Source: a virus (lineage: Duplodnaviria > Caudoviricetes). Taken from it: a stretch of DNA of 51,174 bases. Location: the IMG/VR virus record IMGVR_UViG_3300050132_000130, positions 1-51,174 of that record; one strand, given 5' to 3'. A program made the position numbers and the translations under genes. Below the pieces are notes generated by a model, which made no database searches, was not told where the DNA came from, and worked only from the letters and a program-made list of their open reading frames with translations. Positions within the stretch are counted from its first letter, which is position 1. The number at the start of each line of letters is the position of its first letter. Positions 35,809-44,360 of the stretch are shown here, in pieces.

Positions 35809-37100
35809 CTTAATTCCTCTGGAACAACTATCGTGCAACGCAATCTGGCTCTTGTTACGGCACTATAAAGCCAACGGGCCATATTATTGTCGCGCAAAGA
35901 TTCAAAATGAACTATCACGCTATCCCACTCACTACCCTGCGATTTATGGGCGGTTATGGAGTAAGCCAGATCGACCATCTGTGTTCTGCGTCGTTCCGCA
36001 GTTTTTGGGTGCGTGATAAATTCGTTGTAAACCAGATAATCCTGAAAGTTTACATCCTCGGTGCTTCCAGTTATTTCCCAATATAGATGCGGAAAATCCA
36101 ATCTAGCATCAGAAGGATCGGGGCGCTTAACATCAGACACGGTGCCCATAATGCCATTGAAAATCTCATTCTCATAATCATTGGCAAGGAAAATTATACG
36201 GTCGTTGATGCAGATGTGTTTGTCTGGCAACAAACATTCTATAGGTTTTACTATATTATCTATGATCTTTCTGCGTTGGATTTTCGCGTTCATGGCCAGA
36301 CGAGTGGCATTCGAGGCACATATTATCTGATCGTGAGAATCATACAATTCATAACCGGCCATGCTTTTTGGAACGATGGAAAGTTCTTGATCGCCGTTCA
36401 ACTCTTTTCTTGCCTCATAATCGAACCATTTTCCTTCCCGCAAATTTGTTGCGAAACGAAGCACGGGACTGTCAAGGGCCTGCCGATGAACCTCCGAAAG
36501 AAGAATATCCGGCTTTATCAAGCCAAGAGGTGATCGACCCTTTACCGGGGGCAATTGAAACGGGTCGCCACAATAGATTACAGGGAGTCCTGTCGATGCC
36601 ATATCTGCAACCATTTTCTCAGTAACCATAGAACTCTCATCGACGACAATTATTTTTGATCTGTTGATTCTATCTTCATCAGGAGCAGATTCAAACGATG
36701 CCTCCTTCAAGTATTTTTGCTCTTCCTTTATAAGTCTGAGCATGGCCAAAGAAGCCTCACTTCGATGTTTTGGGTCGCTTCTTTCTAAAACCGCCAAATT
36801 CTCTTTAAGGTCATCAAGTTTTTTGCTGCCTTTGTTTATCGGCTTATAAAGCAATTTATGAATCGTCGTCGCGTCGTCGCATCCTTTCTTCCGTAATTGG
36901 GAAGCGGCCTTTCCTGTAAAGGCCGTGTATATCACCTTAGACTGATCGAAGCCCAATGTGTCTCCTATGTGTTTTGCAATGGTTGTTTTTCCCGTACCTG
37001 CAAAACCGTTTATAATAAACGGGCGCCTATGGTCGCTCTTATACCATTCACGCATCGCCTTCATGGCCTGTGTCTGCTGCGGAGAGAATTTAATATCCAT
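35805..37100 (-). CDS. SF1B helicase (RecD/Dda-like)
   Basis: GFAGTGKT, VDESSM, GDPFQLPPV, HRQA, TAHKSQGSEW, YSAVTRA. Confidence 0.92.
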   Translation of the reverse strand: MDIKFSPQQTQAMKAMREWYKSDHRRPFIINGFAGTGKTTIAKHIGDTLGFDQSKVIYTAFTGKAASQLRKKGCDDATTIHKLLYKPINKGSKKLDDLKENLAVLERSDPKHRSEASLAMLRLIKEEQKYLKEASFESAPDEDRINRSKIIVVDESSMVTEKMVADMASTGLPVIYCGDPFQLPPVKGRSPLGLIKPDILLSEVHRQALDSPVLRFATNLREGKWFDYEARKELNGDQELSIVPKSMAGYELYDSHDQIICASNATRLAMNAKIQRRKIIDNIVKPIECLLPDKHICINDRIIFLANDYENEIFNGIMGTVSDVKRPDPSDARLDFPHLYWEITGSTEDVNFQDYLVYNEFITHPKTAERRRTQMVDLAYSITAHKSQGSEWDSVIVHFESLRDNNMARWLYSAVTRARLRCTIVVPEELR

Positions 37101-38863
37101 TATACCACCCCATGAGGAATAAAAACACCGCGTGATTTCAGTTCACGGGAACCAAATGAAGTTTTTTCTGTGGGCCTCGCTCCATCTATCCGGCGCATCA
37201 CGGAATTCCATGCAACCGCGTAAGGTGTCCCGGCGTATATCTTTTTAAGTTCGGGGTGAGAATTGCTGATATTCAGTCCGAGCGGCTCGACCTTCATGCC
37301 GTATCTGAGGAGAATATCCTCGGCCTGCGTGTCAGCCAAATACGCCTGACCTTTCCTAGCCAACGCCACATCGATCAATTCCCCGACAGACATACTCTCA
37401 TGCCCCTTTTCCAATCGCACATCGATGAGACTCTGCATCAGGTGTGTGTAACATTTCGCGGCGTCGTCATTATCGGCGTCATCCTGTTTCTTCTCCTCCA
37501 AGAAATTTTTACCGACCAGATCATCGGCCTGCGCCGGAGTTATTACCTCGTCACTCATCAGACTCCATGTTCCGGACAGGAGCGCGCCCAACTGATCGCC
37601 GGTGCGCTGTGAGCCGTAGCGCGCGGCGACGGCGCGCGACAGTATCTTCGCGCTCTGCCTGATAACAGGAACCATAGAAATCGCGCGCGACATGAACGCC
37701 GAGCAGTAAGACTCATCGATCGTGTCGCAGACAATCTCTTCGAGTTCGGAAAATTGCCCCGTTCTGTCGGGGACGAGCTCGACCGTCGTGATGCGGCTGG
37801 AATCCGCCGACTGCACAATTGTCGAGTTTATCGACGCCATGCCGAAACACGACCGCACGTTAAACGACATCGGGCGACCGCTGACGGTGCCTTTGCCCTG
37901 AATCGCGCCCGTTTGGCTTGATGCTTGGCGGGCAAGTTCTAGGACATTCTGGATTCTCTTCACGGCGATTTCGGTGTTTCCCTCGGCCTCGTCGAACAGA
38001 ACGGGGATGGAGTCGTTGCCAAGAGCCTGCCGGATGAACGCCTCGCTGGTGTTGCCGGAAACGAACAGGCAGTTTTTACCGAATATCGGGCGCATGATTT
38101 TCGAGATCACCCAGCTTTTTCCCGTGCCCGCGCCGCCGTTCATCCAAACGTGTGGGCGCCATTCCAGCGCGCCGCCGATGTGGGCCACGACGCAATATCC
38201 AGCGATGTAGGCCGCCATAGCAGGATCGCGCCATTGAAGTTTTGAGCATATTTTATAAAACGTCGATGCCTCGGAGACTTCAAGCGGGTCGTCGATCTTT
38301 CCGGTTAGTGACAGATTGTTTTCATACAGGCATCCTCCCACGATGCCCGGCTTGAAATACCTGCCATCGGAAAAAACCTTATCGCCCATGTGGAAAATCA
38401 CGCTCTCAGTTTCGGAATTCCACCATGCTCCGCGACCACGCGTGTTGTTTGGATCAAAAATTCCAATGTCATGATTTATTGAGATCAGGTCGCTGGCGAT
38501 CGAGACAATGCTGACATCTTTCGTTGTCGGGTCGTAGTATTGGGAAAACCAATAAAACTCCGGTGCCAACTCCAAGATCGACATACGGGTGTGACCGCTA
38601 GACGGGAAACTTACGACCTGCCCCTTGTTGCGGGCAAAATAGAAATAATGCCCGTTATTGTGGCCGAGCAGGTCAAAATGACCGCCGCGATCCCTTAAAT
38701 CTGCCGTGACCCTTTGTGGCTGAGGACGGCCTCCTTTAACAAGTTTATCAAGCAAACTAACAGGTATGCCTAGGCTTTTGGCCTCATTGGTTCGCACCAT
38801 CGCGTAATCCACCTCATCGAGAAGGGATAACTTGGACGCAATTTCTTTGACTTGTTCGTTCAT
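37100..38863 (-). CDS. Replicative helicase/ATPase of primase-helicase type, no recognisable primase domain
   Basis: GGAGTGKS Walker A, LFDEAE Walker B, RGRGAW, D-SR motif; likely start MNEQVKE; adjacent to the iteron cluster. Confidence 0.75.
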   Translation of the reverse strand: MNEQVKEIASKLSLLDEVDYAMVRTNEAKSLGIPVSLLDKLVKGGRPQPQRVTADLRDRGGHFDLLGHNNGHYFYFARNKGQVVSFPSSGHTRMSILELAPEFYWFSQYYDPTTKDVSIVSIASDLISINHDIGIFDPNNTRGRGAWWNSETESVIFHMGDKVFSDGRYFKPGIVGGCLYENNLSLTGKIDDPLEVSEASTFYKICSKLQWRDPAMAAYIAGYCVVAHIGGALEWRPHVWMNGGAGTGKSWVISKIMRPIFGKNCLFVSGNTSEAFIRQALGNDSIPVLFDEAEGNTEIAVKRIQNVLELARQASSQTGAIQGKGTVSGRPMSFNVRSCFGMASINSTIVQSADSSRITTVELVPDRTGQFSELEEIVCDTIDESYCSAFMSRAISMVPVIRQSAKILSRAVAARYGSQRTGDQLGALLSGTWSLMSDEVITPAQADDLVGKNFLEEKKQDDADNDDAAKCYTHLMQSLIDVRLEKGHESMSVGELIDVALARKGQAYLADTQAEDILLRYGMKVEPLGLNISNSHPELKKIYAGTPYAVAWNSVMRRIDGARPTEKTSFGSRELKSRGVFIPHGVV

Positions 38864-38886
38864 GAGTTCCAGCCAAGTAGGACGGG

Positions 38887-38952
38887 TGCCAAGATGTAGG
38901 GTTGGGGGCGCGCATGTCTTGGCAACATGCAACGGATGCAGCCGTTGCCCCC
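38887..38952 (-). ncRNA. Candidate cis-regulatory structure in the leader of the replication helicase
   Basis: gggggc/gccccc stem enclosing caacgg/ccgttg and catgt/acatg hairpins; loop TGCCAAGA is complementary to downstream TCTTGGCA. Confidence 0.4.
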
Positions 38953-39060
38953 GCATGTTGGATAAACAGATTCGGGTGTGTTGTAAAGGGGGCGTGAAGA
39001 TGTTCCGTGTATGCAACGAAATTAACCAAAATACGGTAATAATTTAGTGTGTGAAACATA

Positions 39061-39367
39061 GTTCCACAGAGGGCGGGGAACCGATCTGCAAAAATATGCC
39101 AAATTTCCCTTATTTTTCAACGTTCCCCGTGTTCCCCGCTTTTCCCCAGAAACATATAGAATACCATAGACGAAGGCATATGGTTACCCATTATACCAAT
39201 AGTCCTATATATATAATTATATGTAGTCAAAGATATATATAAGGGGAACGGAACACTAAGCCTTTGATATATAAGAAAAATCGGTTCCCCAGTCCGTTCC
39301 CCAGTGGTTCCCCAGTCGGGGAACATGGCGTGTAATACATTGAACGGTATATATAATTTCGTTCCCA
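39061..39367. repeat. Putative replication origin: GTTCCCC iterons flanking an AT-rich core
   Basis: Direct and inverted GTTCCCC/GGGGAAC copies near 39075, 39122, 39131, 39243, 39284, 39296, 39307 and 39318; AT-rich 39200-39240; IHF match at 39257-39269. Confidence 0.7.
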
Positions 39368-39577
39368 CACCTGTATTCATGCTGTGATCGGCGGGAAAGT
39401 AAGGGGTTTTTCGGGAAGCCGCATATCCCATCCACCAGTGCGCCGAACTATAAACCGCACCCCAGTGACGCCCACCCCGTTTAAACGAGCCACGCCTCAA
39501 CCTGCACAGGATAAACGGCGGCAGAACAAACACGTGAGGTCGGGGATGGTTTCAAAATTAGTTTCAGTCAGATTTTA

Positions 39578-39624
39578 CGCGCGCCCGAAATGCCCGTGTA
39601 CGTTGCAGACCTCTGGGAGGACCC
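39578..39624 (-). other. Putative cos site (cosQ plus cosN)
   Basis: - strand GGGTCCT (identical to lambda cosQ, 39624-39618), 23 nt ending in ACG, then GGCATTTCGGGCGCGCG; same spacing as lambda; phage encodes a GpA terminase. Confidence 0.65.
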
Positions 39625-39801
39625 TAAGTCTTTGATATATATAGACATTCCTTGTGTGGTATCCCGATACCATTACTCAACTCATTGATATATAATATAT
39701 TACATTATTGTATATTATATATCATTATCAATATGTTATGTATTATGTTAAATGAAATAACATATAGTATATTCAACCACTTAAGTATTATGTTAAATGA
39801 A
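39625..39801. promoter_or_regulatory. AT-rich tract with three IHF consensus sites and a 17-bp direct repeat
   Basis: WATCAANNNNTTR matches at 39625-39637 (-), 39678-39690 (-), 39726-39738 (+); gtattatgttaaatgaa at 39740 and 39785. Confidence 0.6.
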
Positions 39802-39810
39802 CAAGACAAG

Positions 39811-39842
39811 AAAAAGGCGAGTCAATCTTGTTGACTCGCCTT
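39811..39842 (-). terminator. Rho-independent terminator of the HNH gene
   Basis: Perfect 12-bp stem aaggcgagtcaa/ttgactcgcctt running into a T-tract on the - strand. Confidence 0.75.
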
Positions 39843-39859
39843 GATAGTTATGAATGAAA

Positions 39860-40591
39860 TTATATGCCCCGACAGTTATCGGCGAGTCGTTGCCATTTAG
39901 GATCGTCGCTTGAATGCTTGAGTCTATTACAATCAAGGCAACATATAACAATGTTATCTTGCGTATGTAATCCGCCAGAAACAAGCGGCTTAACGTGATC
40001 CATTGACTTGTTTGCAGGTGTAAGAGGCTTGCGACAATAAGGGCAGTCTTGCGATGAATCAAAAAGATTCTGGAGCCATTGCTTTGTAACACTTCCATCG
40101 CTTGCACGTTTTGCAGCTAGTTGATTCGTGCTTAGGTGTTTTTCATTATCCACAAAATATCGCCTTGATTTTTCTTTGAATGTGTTGCGCCTATATCTAT
40201 CCCTGTACCGCGCGGCTTCTTTCTGTCTAAAATATTTTGCTTCTTCTTCCGTTAGCGTTGCATACCAGGCCTTTGTACCTTGTGCAGGTTTTGCCGGATG
40301 GTCTAGGCGATAGAGTCGCTTGGCTTCCTTCCTTGCGGCTTGGTCAATAATCCGTTGCGCCTTGTGTTCGACTGATAGGATAGATTGAATCGCCTTAGGG
40401 ATATATTCCTTGTTTGTTTCTCCTCTCCTGCGCCGCCCGTCTGCCCTTGCTTGTGGCGAATGTGCAGCAATAAAAGACGGCGAATTCCTTACACAATGCG
40501 TGCAGGATGCCGTTAATCCATCTTTTGATGCCTTACGTTTAGAAAAGGCGGATTCTTCCTTCTCTATTAGGCAGGTTGTGCAAGTTTTCAT
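39860..40591 (-). CDS. HNH endonuclease with N-terminal zinc-ribbon
   Basis: CPYC...DHVKPLVSGG-H-DN-CC-DCN-K; N-terminal CTTC...DGL...CTHC; likely start MKTCTTC. Confidence 0.88.
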   Translation of the reverse strand: MKTCTTCLIEKEESAFSKRKASKDGLTASCTHCVRNSPSFIAAHSPQARADGRRRRGETNKEYIPKAIQSILSVEHKAQRIIDQAARKEAKRLYRLDHPAKPAQGTKAWYATLTEEEAKYFRQKEAARYRDRYRRNTFKEKSRRYFVDNEKHLSTNQLAAKRASDGSVTKQWLQNLFDSSQDCPYCRKPLTPANKSMDHVKPLVSGGLHTQDNIVICCLDCNRLKHSSDDPKWQRLADNCRGI

Positions 40592-40726
40592 GTTGGAATA
40601 TCCTTTGTTGTTTGTTAAATATGCCCTTATAATAGGCACAAAATACCCCCATAAGCAATAAAACAATAAACTTGACATTATAAAATAGCGTTTATTGCTA
40701 TCTTTGCGCTTAGACAAAATTGTCCA

Positions 40727-40755
40727 TTGACAAAGCAATTGATAAGGCGCAAATT
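40727..40755 (+). promoter_or_regulatory. Candidate early promoter
   Basis: TTGACA(40727-40732)-17 nt-CAAATT upstream of the + strand small-gene cluster; a second TTGACA at 40672. Confidence 0.4.
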
Positions 40756-40799
40756 GTCATCAAGAGAACAAAACAACCCGCAAACAAACGGAGTCTAAA

Positions 40800-40997
40800 A
40801 TGAAAACAGCACAAGCAACAATTACTAAGGACATGACACTAGGTCAGGCCGTTGCAGCTATCCAATATGCGTGGCCTGCTACAAGATGCCGTATTTCTTA
40901 CCCCGAAAATAATGTTGTTACAATCGAGGAAAACGAAAAAGGAATACAGCGTTGCGATATTGGATTTACGATAGCTTGCCTTTACCGCCAATCCTAA
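40800..40997 (+). CDS. Small early hypothetical protein
   Basis: GGAGTCTAAAATG leader. Confidence 0.75.
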   Translation: MKTAQATITKDMTLGQAVAAIQYAWPATRCRISYPENNVVTIEENEKGIQRCDIGFTIACLYRQS

Positions 40998-41017
40998 CAA
41001 ACCAATAGGAGTCTAAA

Positions 41018-41200
41018 ATGAAAAAACAACCACAAACAATCACAACTCTATTCATGGGCTATCAGGCTAATCTTGCAACATGCCACACAAGCCTAGAGCG
41101 TCAATTGTCGCGCGTGATAACCGGAAAAGAGATTCGCGCGCTTGCCATAAAGAAGGGCATGTTGACGAGTCGCGAGTCTGCTATCGTCGCGCAATTTTAA
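41018..41200 (+). CDS. Small early hypothetical protein
   Basis: GGAGTCTAAAATG leader. Confidence 0.75.
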   Translation: MKKQPQTITTLFMGYQANLATCHTSLERQLSRVITGKEIRALAIKKGMLTSRESAIVAQF

Positions 41201-41224
41201 TCCCTCATACAAAAGGAGTCTAAA

Positions 41225-41515
41225 ATGTATGAATTAAAAATAATCGCCGCGCCCGTATCATCCTACAAGGTGGAATCGAACGGCGAGTCGATAACCATGA
41301 TAAGCCAAGCATGGAATAGCCCTGCATTGCTGCATCAAGTCCGGCATGTAAAAAACCTACAGGAAGGGATTCATGTTGTGCAAGCCTGTTTTAATCAGGT
41401 TAGGCAGGATCACCCCGAAACCGAATTTAGTTTTTCGACTCGTGCTATCGGGCGTAAACCTAACGGATTCGACAAAGTGAGAGTCCAGCTGAATCCTAGC
41501 TACACTAACGTTTAA
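41225..41515 (+). CDS. Early hypothetical protein
   Basis: AAGGAGTCTAAAATG leader. Confidence 0.75.
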   Translation: MYELKIIAAPVSSYKVESNGESITMISQAWNSPALLHQVRHVKNLQEGIHVVQACFNQVRQDHPETEFSFSTRAIGRKPNGFDKVRVQLNPSYTNV

Positions 41516-41538
41516 CCCTCAAACAAAAGGAAAATACC

Positions 41539-42171
41539 ATGTTGCACACACAGACTCCCCTAGAAAAAATAACTGCGCGTAGGTCACAATATAACCCTGA
41601 TAGAGCGTTTTTTATCCCTCCCGGATATACGCTTGCAATTGACGACGAGTCGCTAGGAGTCGCCATATATCACGGACTCGGCGTAAAATATGGTAAGCCT
41701 TGTTCTATTCGGTTTTTCGGGAAGTCTAAAAAACCCCGTGAACATTACAGGTATGACTCGGAAGAAAAACGCGCGGAAGGTGACTCAAAATTCATGGAGT
41801 CGAGTCGATCGTGTATGAATTACAGGGAAGCAAACAAAGCGGCGGCAAAGGCAAAACGCGCGACTCCCCATACACTAAAAGAAGGCGATATATTGGTTAG
41901 TTCATGGGGTTATGAGCAAACCAATGTTGAATTCTATCAGGTGATAGGACTCAAGGGTCAATTCACGGTTTTATTGAAAGAGATAGGCGGAAAAAGCGTA
42001 GGTTGCGAGGGTTCCAGCATGTCAGATATGGTAATCCCTGTTAAGGACTCGTTCGGGGATTCTAAGGTAATAGAAAGGCGCGCGTGTGTTGGCAATTATA
42101 TCAAGATTAATGACTGCCAACAGGCGAGTCTATGGGAAGGGTGCCCTATGTATAGGTCTTGGTACGCATAA
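41539..42171 (+). CDS. Conserved phage early protein (SWGYEQTNVEFYQV motif)
   Basis: GDILVSSWGYEQTNVEFYQV motif recurrent in mobile-element proteins; function unknown. Confidence 0.75.
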   Translation: MLHTQTPLEKITARRSQYNPDRAFFIPPGYTLAIDDESLGVAIYHGLGVKYGKPCSIRFFGKSKKPREHYRYDSEEKRAEGDSKFMESSRSCMNYREANKAAAKAKRATPHTLKEGDILVSSWGYEQTNVEFYQVIGLKGQFTVLLKEIGGKSVGCEGSSMSDMVIPVKDSFGDSKVIERRACVGNYIKINDCQQASLWEGCPMYRSWYA

Positions 42172-42172
42172 A

Positions 42173-42230
42173 GGACGAAACGCCGAAAGGCGTCTTAGGG
42201 TATGTTCCCTAACTGAAGAGTCCACAAACA
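42173..42230 (+). ncRNA. Type II hammerhead ribozyme
   Basis: GGAC-GAAA-CGCC-gaaa-GGCG-UC^-UUAGGG-uauguu-CCCUAA-CUGAAGA-GUCC: intact core, three stems, GUC cleavage triplet (cut after 42194). Confidence 0.92.
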
Positions 42231-42245
42231 AATGGAGAGTCTAAA

Positions 42246-42929
42246 ATGTCTATCATCAACACACGAGTCGAATGCCTTAAAGCCGTTTTCCCATTCGTTT
42301 CAAAAGAGGAAACGCGCTATTACCTGAACGGCGTTTACGCCGAGTCCGGCCTGTTAGTCGCCACTGACGGGCATAGGCTTGCAGCGATTAAACCTGCCCT
42401 AATGGAGTCGCAAGGGGCGGGATTCATAATCCCTAGTGCGACGATTAAACAGGTCTTGTCTATCAAGGCCGGGAAACGCGAAGAATTATTCTCTGAATTC
42501 AATACGGAAACGGGAGTCGCCACGGTTTACACGTTAGACCGCGATAAGAATCGCGATTCAAAAGGCGCGTTTCCGTTTAAACCTATCGACGGCACGTTTC
42601 CAGAATGGCGGCGCGTGATTCCATCGGCGGAAAATTTTAATACCGCCAACCATAAGGATCGGAATCAAAACACGGGCGCGGAATTCAATTCCGCATATCT
42701 TGCCACTTTTCAGGCATTCGGGGATAAGGTAAACGTGTTTTTGAATAATGATCCCGGCGCGCCTTCACTTGTGACGGCAAAAACGGAATTGTTTGAGGCT
42801 GTAGGGGTGATTATGCCAATGCGTAGCTATGAATTGGCCGCCGTATTGCCTGAATGGATCAAGGTGACACCTACCCCCCCGGCGGCATTGGATTCAGAAA
42901 CGGTAAAGGAATCTGAATCGGTTATTTAA
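42246..42929 (+). CDS. Truncated DNA polymerase III beta-clamp-like protein
   Basis: SKEETRYYLNGVY, VATDGHRL, IDGTFPEWRRVIP, FNSAYL, VIMPMR correspond to DnaN central and C-terminal domains; 227 aa. Confidence 0.85.
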   Translation: MSIINTRVECLKAVFPFVSKEETRYYLNGVYAESGLLVATDGHRLAAIKPALMESQGAGFIIPSATIKQVLSIKAGKREELFSEFNTETGVATVYTLDRDKNRDSKGAFPFKPIDGTFPEWRRVIPSAENFNTANHKDRNQNTGAEFNSAYLATFQAFGDKVNVFLNNDPGAPSLVTAKTELFEAVGVIMPMRSYELAAVLPEWIKVTPTPPAALDSETVKESESVI

Positions 42930-42988
42930 TGTAAGACCGTGCCCGTGCGGTTCACGGGCGAATTATGTAAATAAACAGGAGTCGAGTC

Positions 42989-43267
42989 ATGTCAAAACAT
43001 ACGCCAGCATCTTGGATCGTAAGGGATGTATTTATAGAAAATTTTCCTAATAAATACATGATAACAGAAAATAAATGGGGCGGTAAAACCATTGCTGATT
43101 GTGGAATTACTGTATCACAAGAAAGCATAGCTAATGCCCGATTAATGGCGGCGAGTCCTGAATTGTTTCACATTGTAACCGAGTTTTTAGAATGCGGTGA
43201 CAATGCCGGGCACAATGAAGAATTAAAGGCATTGGCACGAGCCGCTATTGCCAAAGCTAGGGGATAA
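42989..43267 (+). CDS. Conserved phage protein (HTPxxW...ANARLxAAxPEL family)
   Basis: KHTPASW, ANARLMAASPEL and ARAAIAKA motifs. Confidence 0.8.
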   Translation: MSKHTPASWIVRDVFIENFPNKYMITENKWGGKTIADCGITVSQESIANARLMAASPELFHIVTEFLECGDNAGHNEELKALARAAIAKARG

Positions 43268-43338
43268 TCCCCCCGGCATTGATAAAAATAAACCGAGTCG
43301 GGCAATAATGCCCCCTCATACAAAAGGGAGTATATAAA

Positions 43339-43560
43339 ATGAGCAACGTATCAGGCACAACGCCGCGCTATCTGCCCGGCCAAAAATTCAAGACAGGCGG
43401 CAAGCGAGGGGATATTTGCACCGTTACAGATATTCATAAAACCTATAACGGCTCGGGGGAATTGGTAAAAACCCGTTACGTTGCAACGCATGAATTTTGC
43501 GGTCAGGTGATAACGGACTCGGATGTTGTGGAAGCAACTATCGCGCGGGGGTTGCTATGA
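43339..43560 (+). CDS. Small hypothetical protein
   Basis: GGGAG RBS within a repeated leader; ATGA-coupled to the next ORF. Confidence 0.75.
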   Translation: MSNVSGTTPRYLPGQKFKTGGKRGDICTVTDIHKTYNGSGELVKTRYVATHEFCGQVITDSDVVEATIARGLL

Positions 43561-43805
43561 TCCGCGCCGCGCTATTAACCGCTTGCCTTGTCGCCGGGTT
43601 CACGGCGGGGCACTACACAAGGCCGCCGCCGCAACCCGTGCGAACGGTGCACCAATCCGTTTACATCCCGGCATTTATCCCGTTACGGCATCCAGCGAGT
43701 CGGTATGTCGGGCAACAGATTAACCGGATAGCGGCAACAATTCCGGCGGGGGTTTTGTTACCCCCTCCCGGCATCACTCATAAAAAACACCACAAGGGGG
43801 GATAG
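43557..43805 (+). CDS. Hypothetical protein with N-terminal hydrophobic segment
   Basis: MIRAALLTACLVAGF start at the ATGA overlap. Confidence 0.5.
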   Translation: MIRAALLTACLVAGFTAGHYTRPPPQPVRTVHQSVYIPAFIPLRHPASRYVGQQINRIAATIPAGVLLPPPGITHKKHHKGG

Positions 43806-43955
43806 GCCGATGATCGACGCGCGACAGGGTAATTATAGGGCGGCGACATTGACCGCGCAGGACATGCGGCGATTGTCGCATCAAGACAGGGGACAGCCGC
43901 GCGAGACGGAAAAACCTGAGATTTTGTGGGAACAACCGAAAAATGAGGTGAAATC

Positions 43956-44360
43956 ATGAGTATCATCCCCGCCCCGTCATCCATCGGCGGCCATTATGAG
44001 AGTCACGCCCCCGGCCACGGCGGACTAACATTCCGCCACATATACCTCGGCCAGCCCACAACGCAGCCCGTGCCCCGCCAGATCGCGCAACGCCTGACTC
44101 CGCCCGGATGGGTGCTGAGATCGCCGGGCAGCGTGCTGGAGGCGTACAGGCCGTTTAGACGCCTGTCACCAAACACGCTGGAACACCCGAGCGGCTCGGT
44201 TTACATGCACGCCATTATATCGCACCCCTCCCCCGGCTATCAATTTTGGCTCTGGAACGGCGGGGTATGGGAAATTGCGCGGAACGAGTCGTGGCGCGCG
44301 AGTCTCCGGTATTTTCTGACGCATGAGAGCCTGTTGCTCGACGAGGTGGCCGATGCGTGA
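43956..44360 (+). CDS. Hypothetical protein
   Basis: GAGGTG RBS; 134 aa. Confidence 0.55.
   Translation: MSIIPAPSSIGGHYESHAPGHGGLTFRHIYLGQPTTQPVPRQIAQRLTPPGWVLRSPGSVLEAYRPFRRLSPNTLEHPSGSVYMHAIISHPSPGYQFWLWNGGVWEIARNESWRASLRYFLTHESLLLDEVADA

Noticed and set aside
39024-39038. NrdR box upstream of the replication helicase
   Set aside because: Only a partial match (aacCaAaATacgGta) with no partner at 31 bp.
39061-39367. CRISPR array
   Set aside because: Repeats are only about 7-10 bp, in both orientations, with irregular spacing; no cas genes.
39781-39796. CtrA box (TTAA-N7-TTAA)
   Set aside because: Spacing is 8 nt, not 7, in a very AT-rich tract; no full CtrA box was spotted in intergenic DNA.
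39117-39834. ORFs 39117-39533, 39384-39635 and 39652-39834 as genes
   Set aside because: They overlap the iteron, cos and AT-rich tracts, lack RBSs and have implausible composition.
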